A stretch of DNA of 64,000 nt from Nemertoderma westbladi (GCA_032718475.1 JAUCBJ010008857.1:1-64000); one strand, 5' to 3'; shown: positions 14,651 to 26,121, counted from the stretch's first letter. Numbers and translations: made by a program. The notes: a model not told the origin generated them from the letters alone.

Positions 14651-14790
14651 ACCGGTACCAGTACCAGTACCGGTACTGGTACCGGTACCAGTACCAGTAC
14701 CTGTACTGGTACTGGTACCGGTACCAGTACCTGTACTGGTACTGGTACCGGTACCATTACTGGTACCGGTACCAGTAATGGTACCGGTTA
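14651..14790. repeat. Palindrome-rich hexamer-period repeat (CCGGTA/CCAGTA/CTGGTA/CCTGTA)
   Basis: About 140 bp of NNNNTA hexamers in both orientations with many GGTACC and TACCGGTA dyads. Confidence 0.9.
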
Positions 14791-15089
14791 ACTATATAAA
14801 TATAAATTAGCCAACAGTATTAAATCATATAATATGTGCCACAACGCGATAAAATTTACGGATTATTCGCCTGTTTTGTAAGAATGATAGCGATAAAGAT
14901 CGATTTTATATGGAGGACGTTTTGCACCTAAATTTCAGTACCTAAACATTAATATACTGGCAAGTTAAAACACAAACGGCAAAAAAATAATTCAATTAAT
15001 ACATTAAATAAACTTATAACTAATTATGAAATCGCCCACAGAATAATTAACTAAAACAATTAATTAAAATATATGATGATTAAATTATT

Positions 15090-15387
15090 GATGTGGCTAA
15101 AATATATCCAGATAAGGTATTTACTCGATGTGGCTAAAATATATCCAGATAAGGTATTTACTCGATGTGGCAAAAATATATCCAGATAAGGTATTTACTC
15201 GATGTGGCTAAAATATATCCAGATAAGGTATTTACTCGATGTGGCTAAAATATATCCAGATAAGGTATTTACTCGATGTGGCTAAAATATATCCAGATAA
15301 GGTATTTACTCGATGTGGCTAAAATATATCCAGATAAGGTATTTACTCGATGTGGCTAAAATATATCCAGATAAGGTATTTACTCGA
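15090..15387. repeat. 37-bp minisatellite (GATGTGGCTAAAATATATCCAGATAAGGTATTTACTC) x8
   Basis: Eight near-identical head-to-tail copies. Confidence 0.97.
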
Positions 15388-15915
15388 ACAAACGTCATTA
15401 CAAGTTTAAATACCGCCAAATGTATTTTATAAGATAAAATAAAAAGAAACAGACCAAAAATAAAGTCTAAAATAAAAAGAACAATAATTAATAATGCAGG
15501 TGTCGTCAAGTATAATGTGATGTAACGCAATATTTAGCACCAAACTGATAAAACGTATGAGTTGTGTGGGAATAAGTGTCTTATTATTATATTGTGCAGT
15601 TTGACAAAGTAAGCAGCTCTCTACCTGTCTGTACCATCGGGGTACCTCGTGCACTTTGCAATAGTGGCAATATTGTTAATAAATAATAATTTATTGCATA
15701 AAAAATGGCGAAAATTTCAAATAAAAAAATCACTTTTAATAACTAAAATATAACGTTTTTTTACACTTCGAAAAATCGGAAATGAATAACTTTTAAGAAT
15801 TGAAAATATATTTTGCATTATTTTATATATTAACCAAAAGGTCAACACGGAGTTAATTAACATTTTCAAACTAGAACAGCTAATAATGTGTTACATAATT
15901 ACTAAATAGCAATAA

Positions 15916-18900
15916 TTGTCGGTTCGTCGGTGTTTCTGGTGGTGGGGTTGTCGGTTCGTCGGTGTTTCTAGTGGTGGGGTTGTCGGTTCGTCGGTGTTTC
16001 TGGTGGTGGGGTTGTCGGTTCGTCGGTGTTTCTGGTGGTGGGGTTGTCGGTTCGTCGGTGTTTCTGGTGGTTGGGTTGTCGGTTCGTCGCTGTTTCTAGT
16101 GGTGGGGTGTCGGTTCGTCGGTGTTTCTAGTGGTGGGGTTGTCGGTTCGTCAGTGTTTCTGGTGGTGGGGTTGTCGGTTCGTCGGTGTTTCTGGTGGTGG
16201 GGTTGTCGGTGTTTCTAGTGGTGGGGTGTCGGTTCGTCGGTGTTTCTAGTGGTGGGGTTGTCGGTTCGTCGGTGTTTCTGGTGGTGGGGTTGTCGGTTCG
16301 TCGGTGTTTCTGGTGGTTGGGTTGTCGGTTCGTCGGTGTTTCTAGTGGTGGGGTGTCGGTTCGTCGGTGTTTCTAGTGGTGGGGTTGTCGGTTCGTCGGT
16401 GTTTCTGGTGGTTGGGTTGTCGGTTCGTCGGTGTTTCTGGTGGTGAGGTTGTCGGTTCGTCGGTGTTTCTGGTGGTGGGGTTGTCGGTTCGTCGGTGTTT
16501 CTAGTGGTGGGGTTGTCGGTTCGTCGGTGTTTCTGGTGGTGGGGTTGTCGGTTCGTCGGTGTTTCTGGTGGTGGGGTTGTCGGTTCGTCGGTGTTTCTAG
16601 TGGTGGGGTTGTCGGTTCGTTGGTGTTTCTGTTGGTGAGGTTGTCGGTTCGTCGGTGTTTCTGGTGGTGGGGTTGTCGGTTCGTCGGTGTTTCTGGTGGT
16701 GGGGTTGTCGGTTCGTCGGTGTTTCTGGTGGTGGGGTTGTCGGTGTTTCTGGTGGTGGGGTTGTCGGTTCGTCGGTGTTTCTGGTGGTGGGGTTGTCGGT
16801 TCGTCGGTGTTTCTGGTGGTGGGGTTGTCGGTTCGTCGGTGTTTCTGGTGGTGGGGTTGTCGGTTCGTCGGTGTTTCTGGTGGTGGGGTTGTCGGTTCGT
16901 CGGTGTTTCTGGTGGTGGGGTTGTCGGTTCGTCGGTGTTTCTGGTGGTGAGGTTGTCGGTTCGTCGGTGTTTCTGGTGATGGGGTTGTCGGTTCGTCGGT
17001 GTTTCTGGTGGTGGGGTTGTCGGTTCGTCGGTGTTTCTGGTGGTGGGGTTGTCGGTTCGTCGGTGTTTCTGGTGGTGAGGTTGTCGGTTCGTCGGTGCTT
17101 CTGGTGGTGGGGTTGTCGGTGTTTCTGGTGGTGAGGTTGTCGGTTCGTCGGTGTTTCTGGTGGTGAGGTTGTCCGTTCGTCGGTGTTTCTGGTGGTGGGG
17201 TTGTCGGTTCGTCGGTGTTTCTGGTGGTGGGGTTGTCGGTGTTTCTGGTGGTGAGGTTGTCGGTGTTTCTGGTGGTGAGGTTGTCGGTTCGTCGGTGTTT
17301 CTAGTGGTGAGGTTGTCGGTTCGTCGGTGTTTCTAGTGGTGGGGTTGTCGGTTCGTCGGTGTTTCTGGTGGTGAGGTTTTCGGTTCGTCGGTGTTTCTAG
17401 TGGTGGGGTTGTCGGTTCGTCGGTGTTTCTGGTGGTGAGGTTGTCGGTTCGTCGGTGTTTCTGGTGGTGGGGTTGTCGGTGTTTCTGGTGGTGAGGTTGT
17501 CGGTGTTTCTGGTGGTGAGGTTGTCGGTTCGTCGGTGTTTCTGGTGGTGAGGTTGTCGGTTCGTCGGTGTTTCTGGTGGTGGGGTTGTCGGTTCGTCGGT
17601 GTTTCTAGTGGCGGGGTTGTCGGTTCGACGTTGTTTCTAGTGGTGGGGTTGTCGGTGTTTCTGGTGGTGGGGTTGTCGGTTCGTCGGTGTTTCTGGTGGT
17701 GGGGTTGTCGGTTCGTCGGTGTTTCTAGTGGCGGGGTTATCGGTTCGTCGGTGTTTCTGGTGGTGGGGTTGTCGGTTCGTCGGTGTTTCTGGTTGTGGGG
17801 TTGTCGGTTCGTCGGTGTTTCTGGTGGTGAGGTTGTCGGTTCGTCGGTGCTTCTGGTGGTGGGGTTGTCGGTGTTTCTGGTGGTGAGGTTGTCGGTTCGT
17901 CGGTGTTTCTGGTGGTGAGGTTGTCCGTTCGTCGGTGTTTCTGGTGGTGGGGTTGTCGGTTCGTCGGTGTTTCTGGTGGTGAGGTTGTCGGTTCGTCGGT
18001 GTTTCTGGTGGTGGGGTTGTCGGTGTTTCTGGTGGTGAGGTTGTCGGTGTTTCTGGTGGTGAGGTTGTCGGTTCGTCGGTGTTTCTGGTGGTGAGGTTGT
18101 CGGTTCGTCGGTGTTTCTGGTGGTGGGGTTGTCGGTTCGTCGGTGTTTCTAGTGGTGGGGTTGTCGGTTCGACGGTGTTTCTAGTGGTGGGGTTGTCGGT
18201 GTTTCTGGTGGTGGGGTTGTCGGTTCGTCAGTGTTTCTGGTGGTGGGGTTGTCGGTTCGTTGGTGTTTCTAGTGGTGGGGTTGTCGGTTCGTCGGTGTTT
18301 CTGGTGGTGGGGTTGTCGGTTCGTCGGTGTTTCTGGTGGTGGGGTTGTCGGTTCGTCGGTTTTTCTGGTGGTGAGGTTGTCGGTTCGTCGGTGTTTCTGG
18401 TGGTGAGGTTGTCGGTGTTACTGGTGGTGGGGTTGTCGGTTCGTCGGTGTTTCTAGTGGTGGGGTTGTCGGTTCGTCGGTGTTTCTGGTGGTGGGGTTGT
18501 CGGTTCGTTGGTGTTTCTGGTGATGGGGTTGTCGGTTCGTCGGTGTTTCTGGTGGTGGGGTTGTCGGTTCGTCGGTGTTTCTGGTGGTGAGGTTGTCGGT
18601 TCTTCTGGTGGTGTGGTTGTCGGTGTTTCTGGGGGTGAGGTTGTCGGTTCGTCGGTGTTTCTGGTGGTGAGGTTGTCGGTTCGTCGGTGTTTCTGGTGGT
18701 GGGGTTGTCGGTTCGTCGGTGTTTCTGGTGGTGGGGTTGTCGGTTCGTCGGTGTTTCTGGTGGTGGGGTTGTCGGTTCGTCGGTGTTTCTGGTGGTGGGG
18801 TTGTCGGTTCGTCGGTGTTTCTGGTGGTGGGGTTGTCGGTTCGTCGGTGTTTCTGGTGGTGGGGTTGTCGGTTCGTCGGTGTTTCTGGTGGTGAGGTTGT

Positions 18901-21629
18901 CGGTTCGTCGGTGTTTCTGGTGATGGGGTTGTCGGTTCGTCGGTGTTTCTGGTGGTGGGGTTGTCGGTTCGTCGGTGTTTCTGGTGGTGGGGTTGTCGGT
19001 TCGTCGGTGTTTCTGGTGGTGAGGTTGTCGGTTCGTCGGTGCTTCTGGTGGTGGGGTTGTCGGTGTTTCTGGTGGTGAGGTTGTCGGTTCGTCGGTGTTT
19101 CTGGTGGTGAGGTTGTCCGTTCGTCGGTGTTTCTGGTGGTGGGGTTGTCGGTTCGTCGGTGTTTCTGGTGGTGAGGTTGTCGGTTCGTCGGTGTTTCTGG
19201 TGGTGGGGTTGTCGGTGTTTCTGGTGGTGAGGTTGTCGGTGTTTCTGGTGGTGAGGTTGTCGGTTCGTCGGTGTTTCTGGTGGTGAGGTTGTCGGTTCGT
19301 CGGTGTTTCTGGTGGTGGGGTTGTCGGTTCGTCGGTGTTTCTAGTGGTGGGGTTGTCGGTTCGACGTTGTTTCTAGTGGTGGGGTTGTCGGTGTTTCTGG
19401 TGGTGGGGTTGTCGGTTCGTCGGTGTTTCTGGTGGTGGGGTTGTCGGTTCGTCGGTGTTTCTAGTGGTGGGGTTATCGGTTCGTCGGTGTTTCTGGTGGT
19501 GGGGTTGTCGGTTCGTCGGTGTTTCTGGTTGTGGGGTTGTCGGTTCGTCGGTGTTTCTGGTGGTGAGGTTGTCGGTTCGTCGGTGCTTCTGGTGGTGGGG
19601 TTGTCGGTGTTTCTGGTGGTGAGGTTGTCGGTTCGTCGGTGTTTCTGGTGGTGAGGTTGTCCGTTCGTCGGTGTTTCTGGTGGTGGGGTTGTCGGTTCGT
19701 CGGTGTTTCTGGTGGTGAGGTTGTCGGTTCGTCGGTGTTTCTGGTGGTGGGGTTGTCGGTGTTTCTGGTGGTGAGGTTGTCGGTGTTTCTGGTGGTGAGG
19801 TTGTCGGTTCGTCGGTGTTTCTGGTGGTGAGGTTGTCGGTTCGTCGGTGTTTCTGGTGGTGGGGTTGTCGGTTCGTCGGTGTTTCTAGTGGTGGGGTTGT
19901 CGGTTCGACGGTGTTTCTAGTGGTGGGGTTGTCGGTGTTTCTGGTGGTGGGGTTGTCGGTTCGTCGGTGTTTCTGGTGGTGGGGTTGTCGGTTCGTCGGT
20001 GTTTCTAGTGGTGGGGTTGTCGGTTCGTCGGTGTTTCTGGTGGTGGGGTTGTCGGTTCGTCGGTGTTTCTGGTGGTGGGGTTGTCGGTTCGTCGGTTTTT
20101 CTGGTGGTGAGGTTTTCGGTTCGTCGGTGTTTCTGGTGGTGAGGTTGTCGGTTCGTCGGTGTTACTGGTGGTGGGGTTGTCGGTTCGTCGGTGTTTCTAG
20201 TGGTGGGGTTGTCGGTTCGTCGGTGTTTCTGGTGGTGGGGTTGTCGGTTCGTCGGTGTTTCTGGTGATGGGGTTGAAGGGTTCGTCGGTGTTTCTGGTGG
20301 TGGGGTTGTCGGTTCGTCGGTGTTTCTGGTGGTGAGGTTGTCGGTTCGTCGGTGCTTCTGGTGGTGTGGTTGTCGGTGTTTCTGGGGGTGAGGTTGTCGG
20401 TTCGTCGGTGTTTCTGGTGGTGAGGTTGTCGGTTCGTCGGTGTTTCTGGTGGTGGGGTTGTCGGTTCGTCGGTGTTTCTGGTGGTGAGGTTGTCGGTTCG
20501 TCGGTGTTTCTGGTGGTGGGGTTGTCGGTGTTTCTGGTGGTGAGGTTGTCGGTTCGTCGGTGTTTCTGGTGGTGAGGTTGTCGGTTCGTCGGTGTTTCTA
20601 GTGGTGGGGTTGTCGGTTCGTCGGTGTTTCTAGTGGTGGGGTTGTCGGTTCGTCGGTGTTTCTGGTGGTGGGGTTGTCGGTTTGTCGGTGTTTCTGGTGG
20701 TGGGGTTGTCGGTTCGTCGGTGTTTCTGGTGGTGGGGTTGTCGGTTCGTCAGTGTTTCTGGTGGTGGGGTTGTCGGTTCGTCGGTGTTTCTGGTGATGGG
20801 GTTGTCGGTTCGTCGGTGTTTCTGGTGGTGGGGTTGTCGGTTCGTCGGTGTTTCTGGTGGTGAGGTTGTCGGTTCGTCGGTGTTTCTGGTGGTGGGGTTG
20901 TCGGTTCGTCGGTGTTTCTGGTGGTGGGGTTGTCGGTTCGTCGGTGATTCTACTGGTGGGGTTGTCGGTTCGTCGGTGTTTCTGGTGGTGGGGTTGTCGG
21001 TTCGTCGGTGTTTCTGGTGATGGGGTTGTCGGTTCGTCGGTGTTTCAGTTGGTGGGGTTGTCGGTTCGTCGGTGTTTCTGGTGGTGAGGTTGTCGGTTCG
21101 TCGGTGCTTCTGGTGGTGGGGTTGTCGGTGTTTCTGGTGGTGAGGTTGTCGGTTCGTCGGTGTTTCTGGTGGTGAGGTTGTCGGTTCGTCGGTGTTTCTG
21201 GTGGTGGGGTTGTCGGTTCGTCGGTGTTTCTGGTGGTGAGGTTGTCGGTTCGTCGGTGTTTCTGGTGGTGGGGTTGTCGGTGTTTCTGGTGGTGAGGTTG
21301 TCGGTTCGTCGGTGTTTCTGGTGGTGAGGTTGTCGGTGTTTCTGGTGGCGAGGTTGTCGGTGTTTCTGGTGGTGAGGTTGTCGGTTCGTCGGTGTTTCTG
21401 GTGGTGGGGTTGTCGGTGTTTCTAGTGGTGGGGTTGTCGGTTCGTCGGTGTTTCTGGTGGTGAGGTTGTCGGTTCGTCGGTGTTTCTGGTGGTAGGGTTG
21501 TCGGTGTTTCTGTTGGTGGGGTTGTCGGTTCGTCGGTGTTTCTGGTGGTGGGGTTGTCGGTGTTTCTGGTGGTGGGGTTGTCGGTTCGTCGGTGTTTCTG
21601 GTGGTGGGGGTTGTCGGTTCGTCGGTGTT
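15916..21629. repeat. 32-bp G/T-skewed satellite (TTGTCGGTTCGTCGGTGTTTCTGGTGGTGGGG)n with 24-bp deletion variants
   Basis: Unit read directly; the plus strand is almost devoid of A; kb-scale blocks recur (identical repeat-derived ORFs at 17535/19271 and 17903/19095/19639). Confidence 0.99.
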
Positions 21630-21682
21630 CTACGTTAGGGGCGCAATAGGAAAATAATATATACAGAAAGTAACTCTAATTA

Positions 21683-24600
21683 CTATAATAGCGGCTCGGT
21701 AAGTTCTGGAAACAATTCCAGCACTAGGGCGTCTAGCAGGGTGTACATCAACTGTTTATTCAGCACCGGGTGCTGCACCAAACTGTGCACAATCTCAGCG
21801 GCGCGTCTACGTTCCGCTAACCCCGTAACCATAGCGACCAGCAGCGGTACACGCTGCTCCAGTCGGTAGAGACACTCGTTACTAGTGGCAACCAGTTCCC
21901 CCGCCGTCCGCACCGGGGCGCGATCGTAAAACAGCGAGTCTCTGAGGTTCCGAATGACTTTGACGATTCGAGTTTCGTGGAATCCGACGTTCAACGTGTA
22001 TCTAAGGTGTCGCGAACACCAAGAGTTCACTGAGTGTTTGAGTGCGACGCTGAGTATGTTGAGAGACTCTACGAACCAGCTGGGAGCGCGGAGGAGGTGC
22101 GACACCAAGTAGACGGCGGAGTGGTAGAAGTCGGAAGTCTCCTCAACGGGACACGTCGACCAAACCGGAGCCCGTCCGGGATCCAGTGTCCGAGACTGTC
22201 CGGGACCCAGAGTCCGAGACTGTCCGGGATCCAGTGTCCGAGACTGTCCGGTATCCAGTGTCCGAGACTGTCCGGGATCCAGTGTCCGAGACTGTCCGGG
22301 ATCCAGTGTCCGAGACTGTCCGGTATCCAGTGTCCGAGACTGTCCGGGATCGGGTGTCCGAGACTGTCCGGTATCCAGTGTCCGAGACTGTCCGGGATCC
22401 AGTGTCCGAGACTGTCCGGTATCCAGTGTCCGAGACTGTCCGGGATCCAGTGTCCGAGACTGTCCGGGATCCAGTGTCCGAGACTGTCCGGGATCCAGTG
22501 TCCGACACTGTGCGGGATCCAGTGACCGAGACTGTCCGGGATCGGGTGTCCGAGACTGTCCGGGATCCAGTGTCCGAGACTGTCCGGTATCCAGTGTCCG
22601 AGACTGTCCGGGATCCAGTGTCCGAGACTGTCCGGGATCCAGTGTCCGAGACTGTCCGGGATCGGGTGTCCGAGACTGTCCGGGATCCAGTGTCCGAGAC
22701 TGTCCGGGATCCAGTGTCCGAGACTGTCCGCGATCCAGTGTCCGAGACTGTGCGATCCCCCGACAGTTATCCCGGTAGAGGGAGCCGACGAGCCACCCGG
22801 TACCGGGGAGCCACCCCTCCCCCACCGGTCCCCCGGCCCCGTCCGGGCGCGCCTTCTCCCCCTCCGTACTGTCGGCCAACCCCTCCAGGAACTCCTCCAG
22901 ATGCCGCCCCCGCTCCCGCAGGATCTTCCCCGGGACGCTCTTCAGCATCCGACCGATGTTAACCTCCGGGAGGAATCGATCCTCGAACTCGTCGTCCGTT
23001 GTAAGGAAGTTGTGCAGCAACGAGGACCCCTTTAGTTTGTACTGCTGGACGAGTTGGCGGATGTACGACTCGAAACACGATCGACGTGACTCGAAGAACT
23101 CGAAGTTCTTCGTAATTATAAGTTTCTTAGAGGGAAGGGAAATGTTTCGGTCCATGTCGCCGTGGAACTCGGTTAGTTTCGCCTCGAGGATGTAGAACTC
23201 GTGGTAGCGTCGCTCGATGGACCAGGATTCCTCTCGAGTCTCCACCTGTAACACGTAGACCCAGTAGGCCTTGCCGCCGCTAGAGGCGTCCGCCAGGGTT
23301 TTAGTCTGCGGGATACTCACGTCCCAGGTGGACATGTCGCGGCGCTTGAGTTTATCGAGGTGCAAGTCGTCCAGAGTGTCGAGTTTACCGACGTCCTCCT
23401 GCCATTCGAACACCGAGAAGTCGATGAGGTCCCCGGAATTTGCGAGTAAGTCGTTGGAAGATGTGTTGGAGGAAGAAGACTCGCCGCGTCTCAGTTTAAC
23501 CTTCCTATTTCCGACGCCCAGATCGCCGATTATTAAGGAGAGGAAAGTGCCGCTCCCGCGAAACTTATTGCAATAAACGCGTTCGAGGATATTAAAAGCG
23601 AATTCGTAAGCGAGAAAGAGAGTGTTCCCGGTGCGAAGTCGCATTACCGATTCGGTTTCCCCTTCGGTGATGGCCTTCATATCGGCGACGAGATCGGCAG
23701 GGAAGTTAATACGATCGGGAGAAATCGGGGAGAAATACAGACGATAGAGAGTGCGGGATTCACTGTGGAGGAAGGACAAATCTATCGGAGTCAAATCCGG
23801 AGAAATACTCTTTTTGTTAAACTCATCCACGCTGAGGCAGAAGTTAAGGTAATGTACGAGACCTTCCTTCTCAATGAATTTCATAAACGGATAGAGAAGT
23901 GTCTGAGAAAGTTGGTGGTCTTTATCGCGCAGACACATCATCTCAGAGAAGGTCATATCGTTGGCGGTATTCAGAGAGTTTATCGAGCAATCCTCAGGGT
24001 GGCGAGGGCCGCTGAAACTCTCTAGAAACGGAACCCAAGGGGAACTCGTGTCGGGCAGTTGGGCGGGGTTGTCATCCAGAAATTCTATCAAGATTTGGTT
24101 TAAAAAGTCTGGGTTGCAAATCTTATCCATGACTCGCAACAAAATCTTTGTTGATACAATTTCTGCCAAAAAACAAGACGAAACTTTACATTTTCTCCAT
24201 TCCAAAGGTAAAAGCAACGGGAACAGCCGCCTAACTAAGGAATGGATATAACCGAGTTCGCTAGATCGATTGCTAATCGCAGTGTGTTTATACGAATTAA
24301 TGAAGTTTAGCACCAAAGATTGCAGATCAGATTTATTTAAATTATCGTTATCAGAATATTCGTCACAAACCTGAATATATGAGTCTAAATGGCGAAGGAG
24401 CGATTTAAATGCGGTATCACTAAGAACGGAATGCCAGTTTATCTTCAATATTCGAATAACTATTGAATTAATAATCAGACTAATATTATTTCGAATGTTA
24501 TTCACAGGTCCTTCGTCACAAGAAATAAATGTATTATACCATGGATATACGTAGTTTATTAGACACAACTCCAGAACTTCTGAGACAGCTATGTCGATTG

Positions 24601-24961
24601 TTTGAGGTATTCGCACATTGTCAAGGACAACTCTATCAGTGTCTGCAGCAAGGGCTTGTGGGTGGCGAGTTACGCAGTTTAATTTGTTACAGATGTTACA
24701 TCTGGCGGTTTGTGTAACAGAATTACAGTCAATAAAGTTACGAATGTTTCTTACTGGTAAGACCTCCGCACTATTACAAGGAAGCTTTGCATTATGAACA
24801 TAAACTCCGGAGACTGGGTTCAAAACGCGATAACTTAGAAATAGACCAGCTACAAATGACCAGCCAATAATCCAATATGCCAGCTGGTTGTAGAATATTA
24901 AACATAAACATAGAAACAGGGCAATAATATGCAATAACCATGGATATTGGGTGAATATCAT
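21683..24961 (-). CDS. SNX14: Sorting nexin-14 orthologue (TM-TM-PXA-RGS-PX-PXC), intronless, 1092 aa
   Basis: Single ORF; N-terminal hydrophobic segments ending WSFVAG; PXA start IDIAVSEVLELCLINYVYPWY; RGS-like HYLNFCLSVDEFN; PX core WSIERRYHEFYILEAKLTEFHG..LPSKK; C-terminal PXC motif QHPVLNKQLMYTLLDALVLELFPEL, all recognisable from SNX14. Confidence 0.93.
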   Translation of the reverse strand: MIFTQYPWLLHIIALFLCLCLIFYNQLAYWIIGWSFVAGLFLSYRVLNPVSGVYVHNAKLPCNSAEVLPVRNIRNFIDCNSVTQTARCNICNKLNCVTRHPQALAADTDRVVLDNVRIPQTIDIAVSEVLELCLINYVYPWYNTFISCDEGPVNNIRNNISLIINSIVIRILKINWHSVLSDTAFKSLLRHLDSYIQVCDEYSDNDNLNKSDLQSLVLNFINSYKHTAISNRSSELGYIHSLVRRLFPLLLPLEWRKCKVSSCFLAEIVSTKILLRVMDKICNPDFLNQILIEFLDDNPAQLPDTSSPWVPFLESFSGPRHPEDCSINSLNTANDMTFSEMMCLRDKDHQLSQTLLYPFMKFIEKEGLVHYLNFCLSVDEFNKKSISPDLTPIDLSFLHSESRTLYRLYFSPISPDRINFPADLVADMKAITEGETESVMRLRTGNTLFLAYEFAFNILERVYCNKFRGSGTFLSLIIGDLGVGNRKVKLRRGESSSSNTSSNDLLANSGDLIDFSVFEWQEDVGKLDTLDDLHLDKLKRRDMSTWDVSIPQTKTLADASSGGKAYWVYVLQVETREESWSIERRYHEFYILEAKLTEFHGDMDRNISLPSKKLIITKNFEFFESRRSCFESYIRQLVQQYKLKGSSLLHNFLTTDDEFEDRFLPEVNIGRMLKSVPGKILRERGRHLEEFLEGLADSTEGEKARPDGAGGPVGEGWLPGTGWLVGSLYRDNCRGIAQSRTLDRGQSRTLDPGQSRTLDPGQSRTPDPGQSRTLDPGQSRTLDPGQSRTLDTGQSRTLDPGQSRTPDPGQSRSLDPAQCRTLDPGQSRTLDPGQSRTLDPGQSRTLDTGQSRTLDPGQSRTLDTGQSRTPDPGQSRTLDTGQSRTLDPGQSRTLDPGQSRTLDTGQSRTLDPGQSRTLGPGQSRTLDPGRAPVWSTCPVEETSDFYHSAVYLVSHLLRAPSWFVESLNILSVALKHSVNSWCSRHLRYTLNVGFHETRIVKVIRNLRDSLFYDRAPVRTAGELVATSNECLYRLEQRVPLLVAMVTGLAERRRAAEIVHSLVQHPVLNKQLMYTLLDALVLELFPELTEPLL
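22175..22750 (-). repeat. In-frame 24-bp coding minisatellite, 24 copies, encoding (QSRTLDPG)n inside SNX14
   Basis: Plus-strand unit TCCGGGATCCAGTGTCCGAGACTG; 576 bp = 24 units with no frameshift or stop in the SNX14 frame. Confidence 0.97.
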
Positions 24962-25445
24962 TGCGTACCACTAGTATTGGACAGTTTTATGCGCTGCTAT
25001 TATGTTGGCTGGTCGTTGCGTTGCGTTGGTAGGGGTAACAGGGTAGGTAGGCCTACCTGTCCTGTACCAATCAGACAATTCCGGTAACAATTATGGTAAT
25101 ACTTATGAGCTAATAGCAACTGGGCAAACTGGCAGACAGGCAAAAGGCAGAATGGACCGGTAAGATTTAGACTACACTCGTACACGACCACACCACGCAC
25201 AGACGCACTGCCTGACTACCACAGGCTGACAGGCGGTAATATCACATTTGAGGCACAGTGGTAAGACATTTTTTGGTCGATTCCCCTATGCCCGAGGCGA
25301 ACCACTTAGACTTTTTTCAAACTTTTATGATTCCCCTAGGCCTATGCCCATGGCAAACCACTTATACTTTTTTAAAAAGTTTGTTGATTCAGCTACGTCC
25401 ATAGCAAACCACTCCTTTTCACTAGACAATACTAGACACAACTCT

Positions 25446-26121
25446 GAACACTAGACAATACTACGGTATTTTGATTAGTGGTGAATATAATTAATGCTAC
25501 AGTATTTTGAATAGAGGTGAACACTAGACAATACTACGGTATTTTGATTAGTGGTGAATATAATTAATGCTACAGTATTTTGAATAGAGGTGAACACTAG
25601 ACAATACTACGGTATTTTGATTAGTGGTGAATATAATTAATGCTACAGTATTTTGAATAGAGGTGAACACTAGACAATACTACGGTATTTTGATTAGTGG
25701 TGAATATAATTAATGCTACAGTATTTTGAATAGAGGTGAACACTAGACAATACTACGGTATTTTGATTAGTGGTGAATATAATTAATGCTACAGTATTTT
25801 GAATAGAGGTGAACATTAAATAATACTACGGTATTTTGATTAGTGGTGAATATAATTAATGCTACAGTATTTTGAATAGAGGTGAACACTAGACAATACT
25901 ACGGTATTTTGATTAGTGGTGAATATAATTAATGCTACAGTATTTTGAATAGAGGTGAACACTAGACAATACTACGGTATTTTGATTAGTGGTGAATATA
26001 ATTAATGCTACAGTATTTTGAATAGAGGTGAACACTAGACAATACTACGGTATTTTGATTAGTGGTGAATATAATTAATGCTACAGCATTTTGAATAGAG
26101 GTGAACATTAAATAATACTAC
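25446..26121. repeat. 73-bp tandem repeat (~9 copies) built from two related 37+36-bp monomers
   Basis: Starts recur at 25446, 25519, 25592...; halves GAACACTAGACAATACTACGGTATTTTGATTAGTGGT and GAATATAATTAATGCTACAGTATTTTGAATAGAGGT; degenerate monomers continue to ~26300. Confidence 0.95.

Noticed and set aside
15916-21087. Numerous ORFs (FLVVGLSVRRCFWWWGC...)
   Set aside because: Translations of the stop-poor 32-bp satellite, cycling through frames; not credible proteins.
15916-21629. Telomeric repeat
   Set aside because: G/T skew is telomere-like but the array is interstitial with a 32-bp unit unlike animal telomerase repeats.
22034-24717. Plus-strand and alternative-frame ORFs overlapping SNX14
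   Set aside because: Shadow ORFs caused by the 24-bp repeat and GC-rich codons; no independent motifs.
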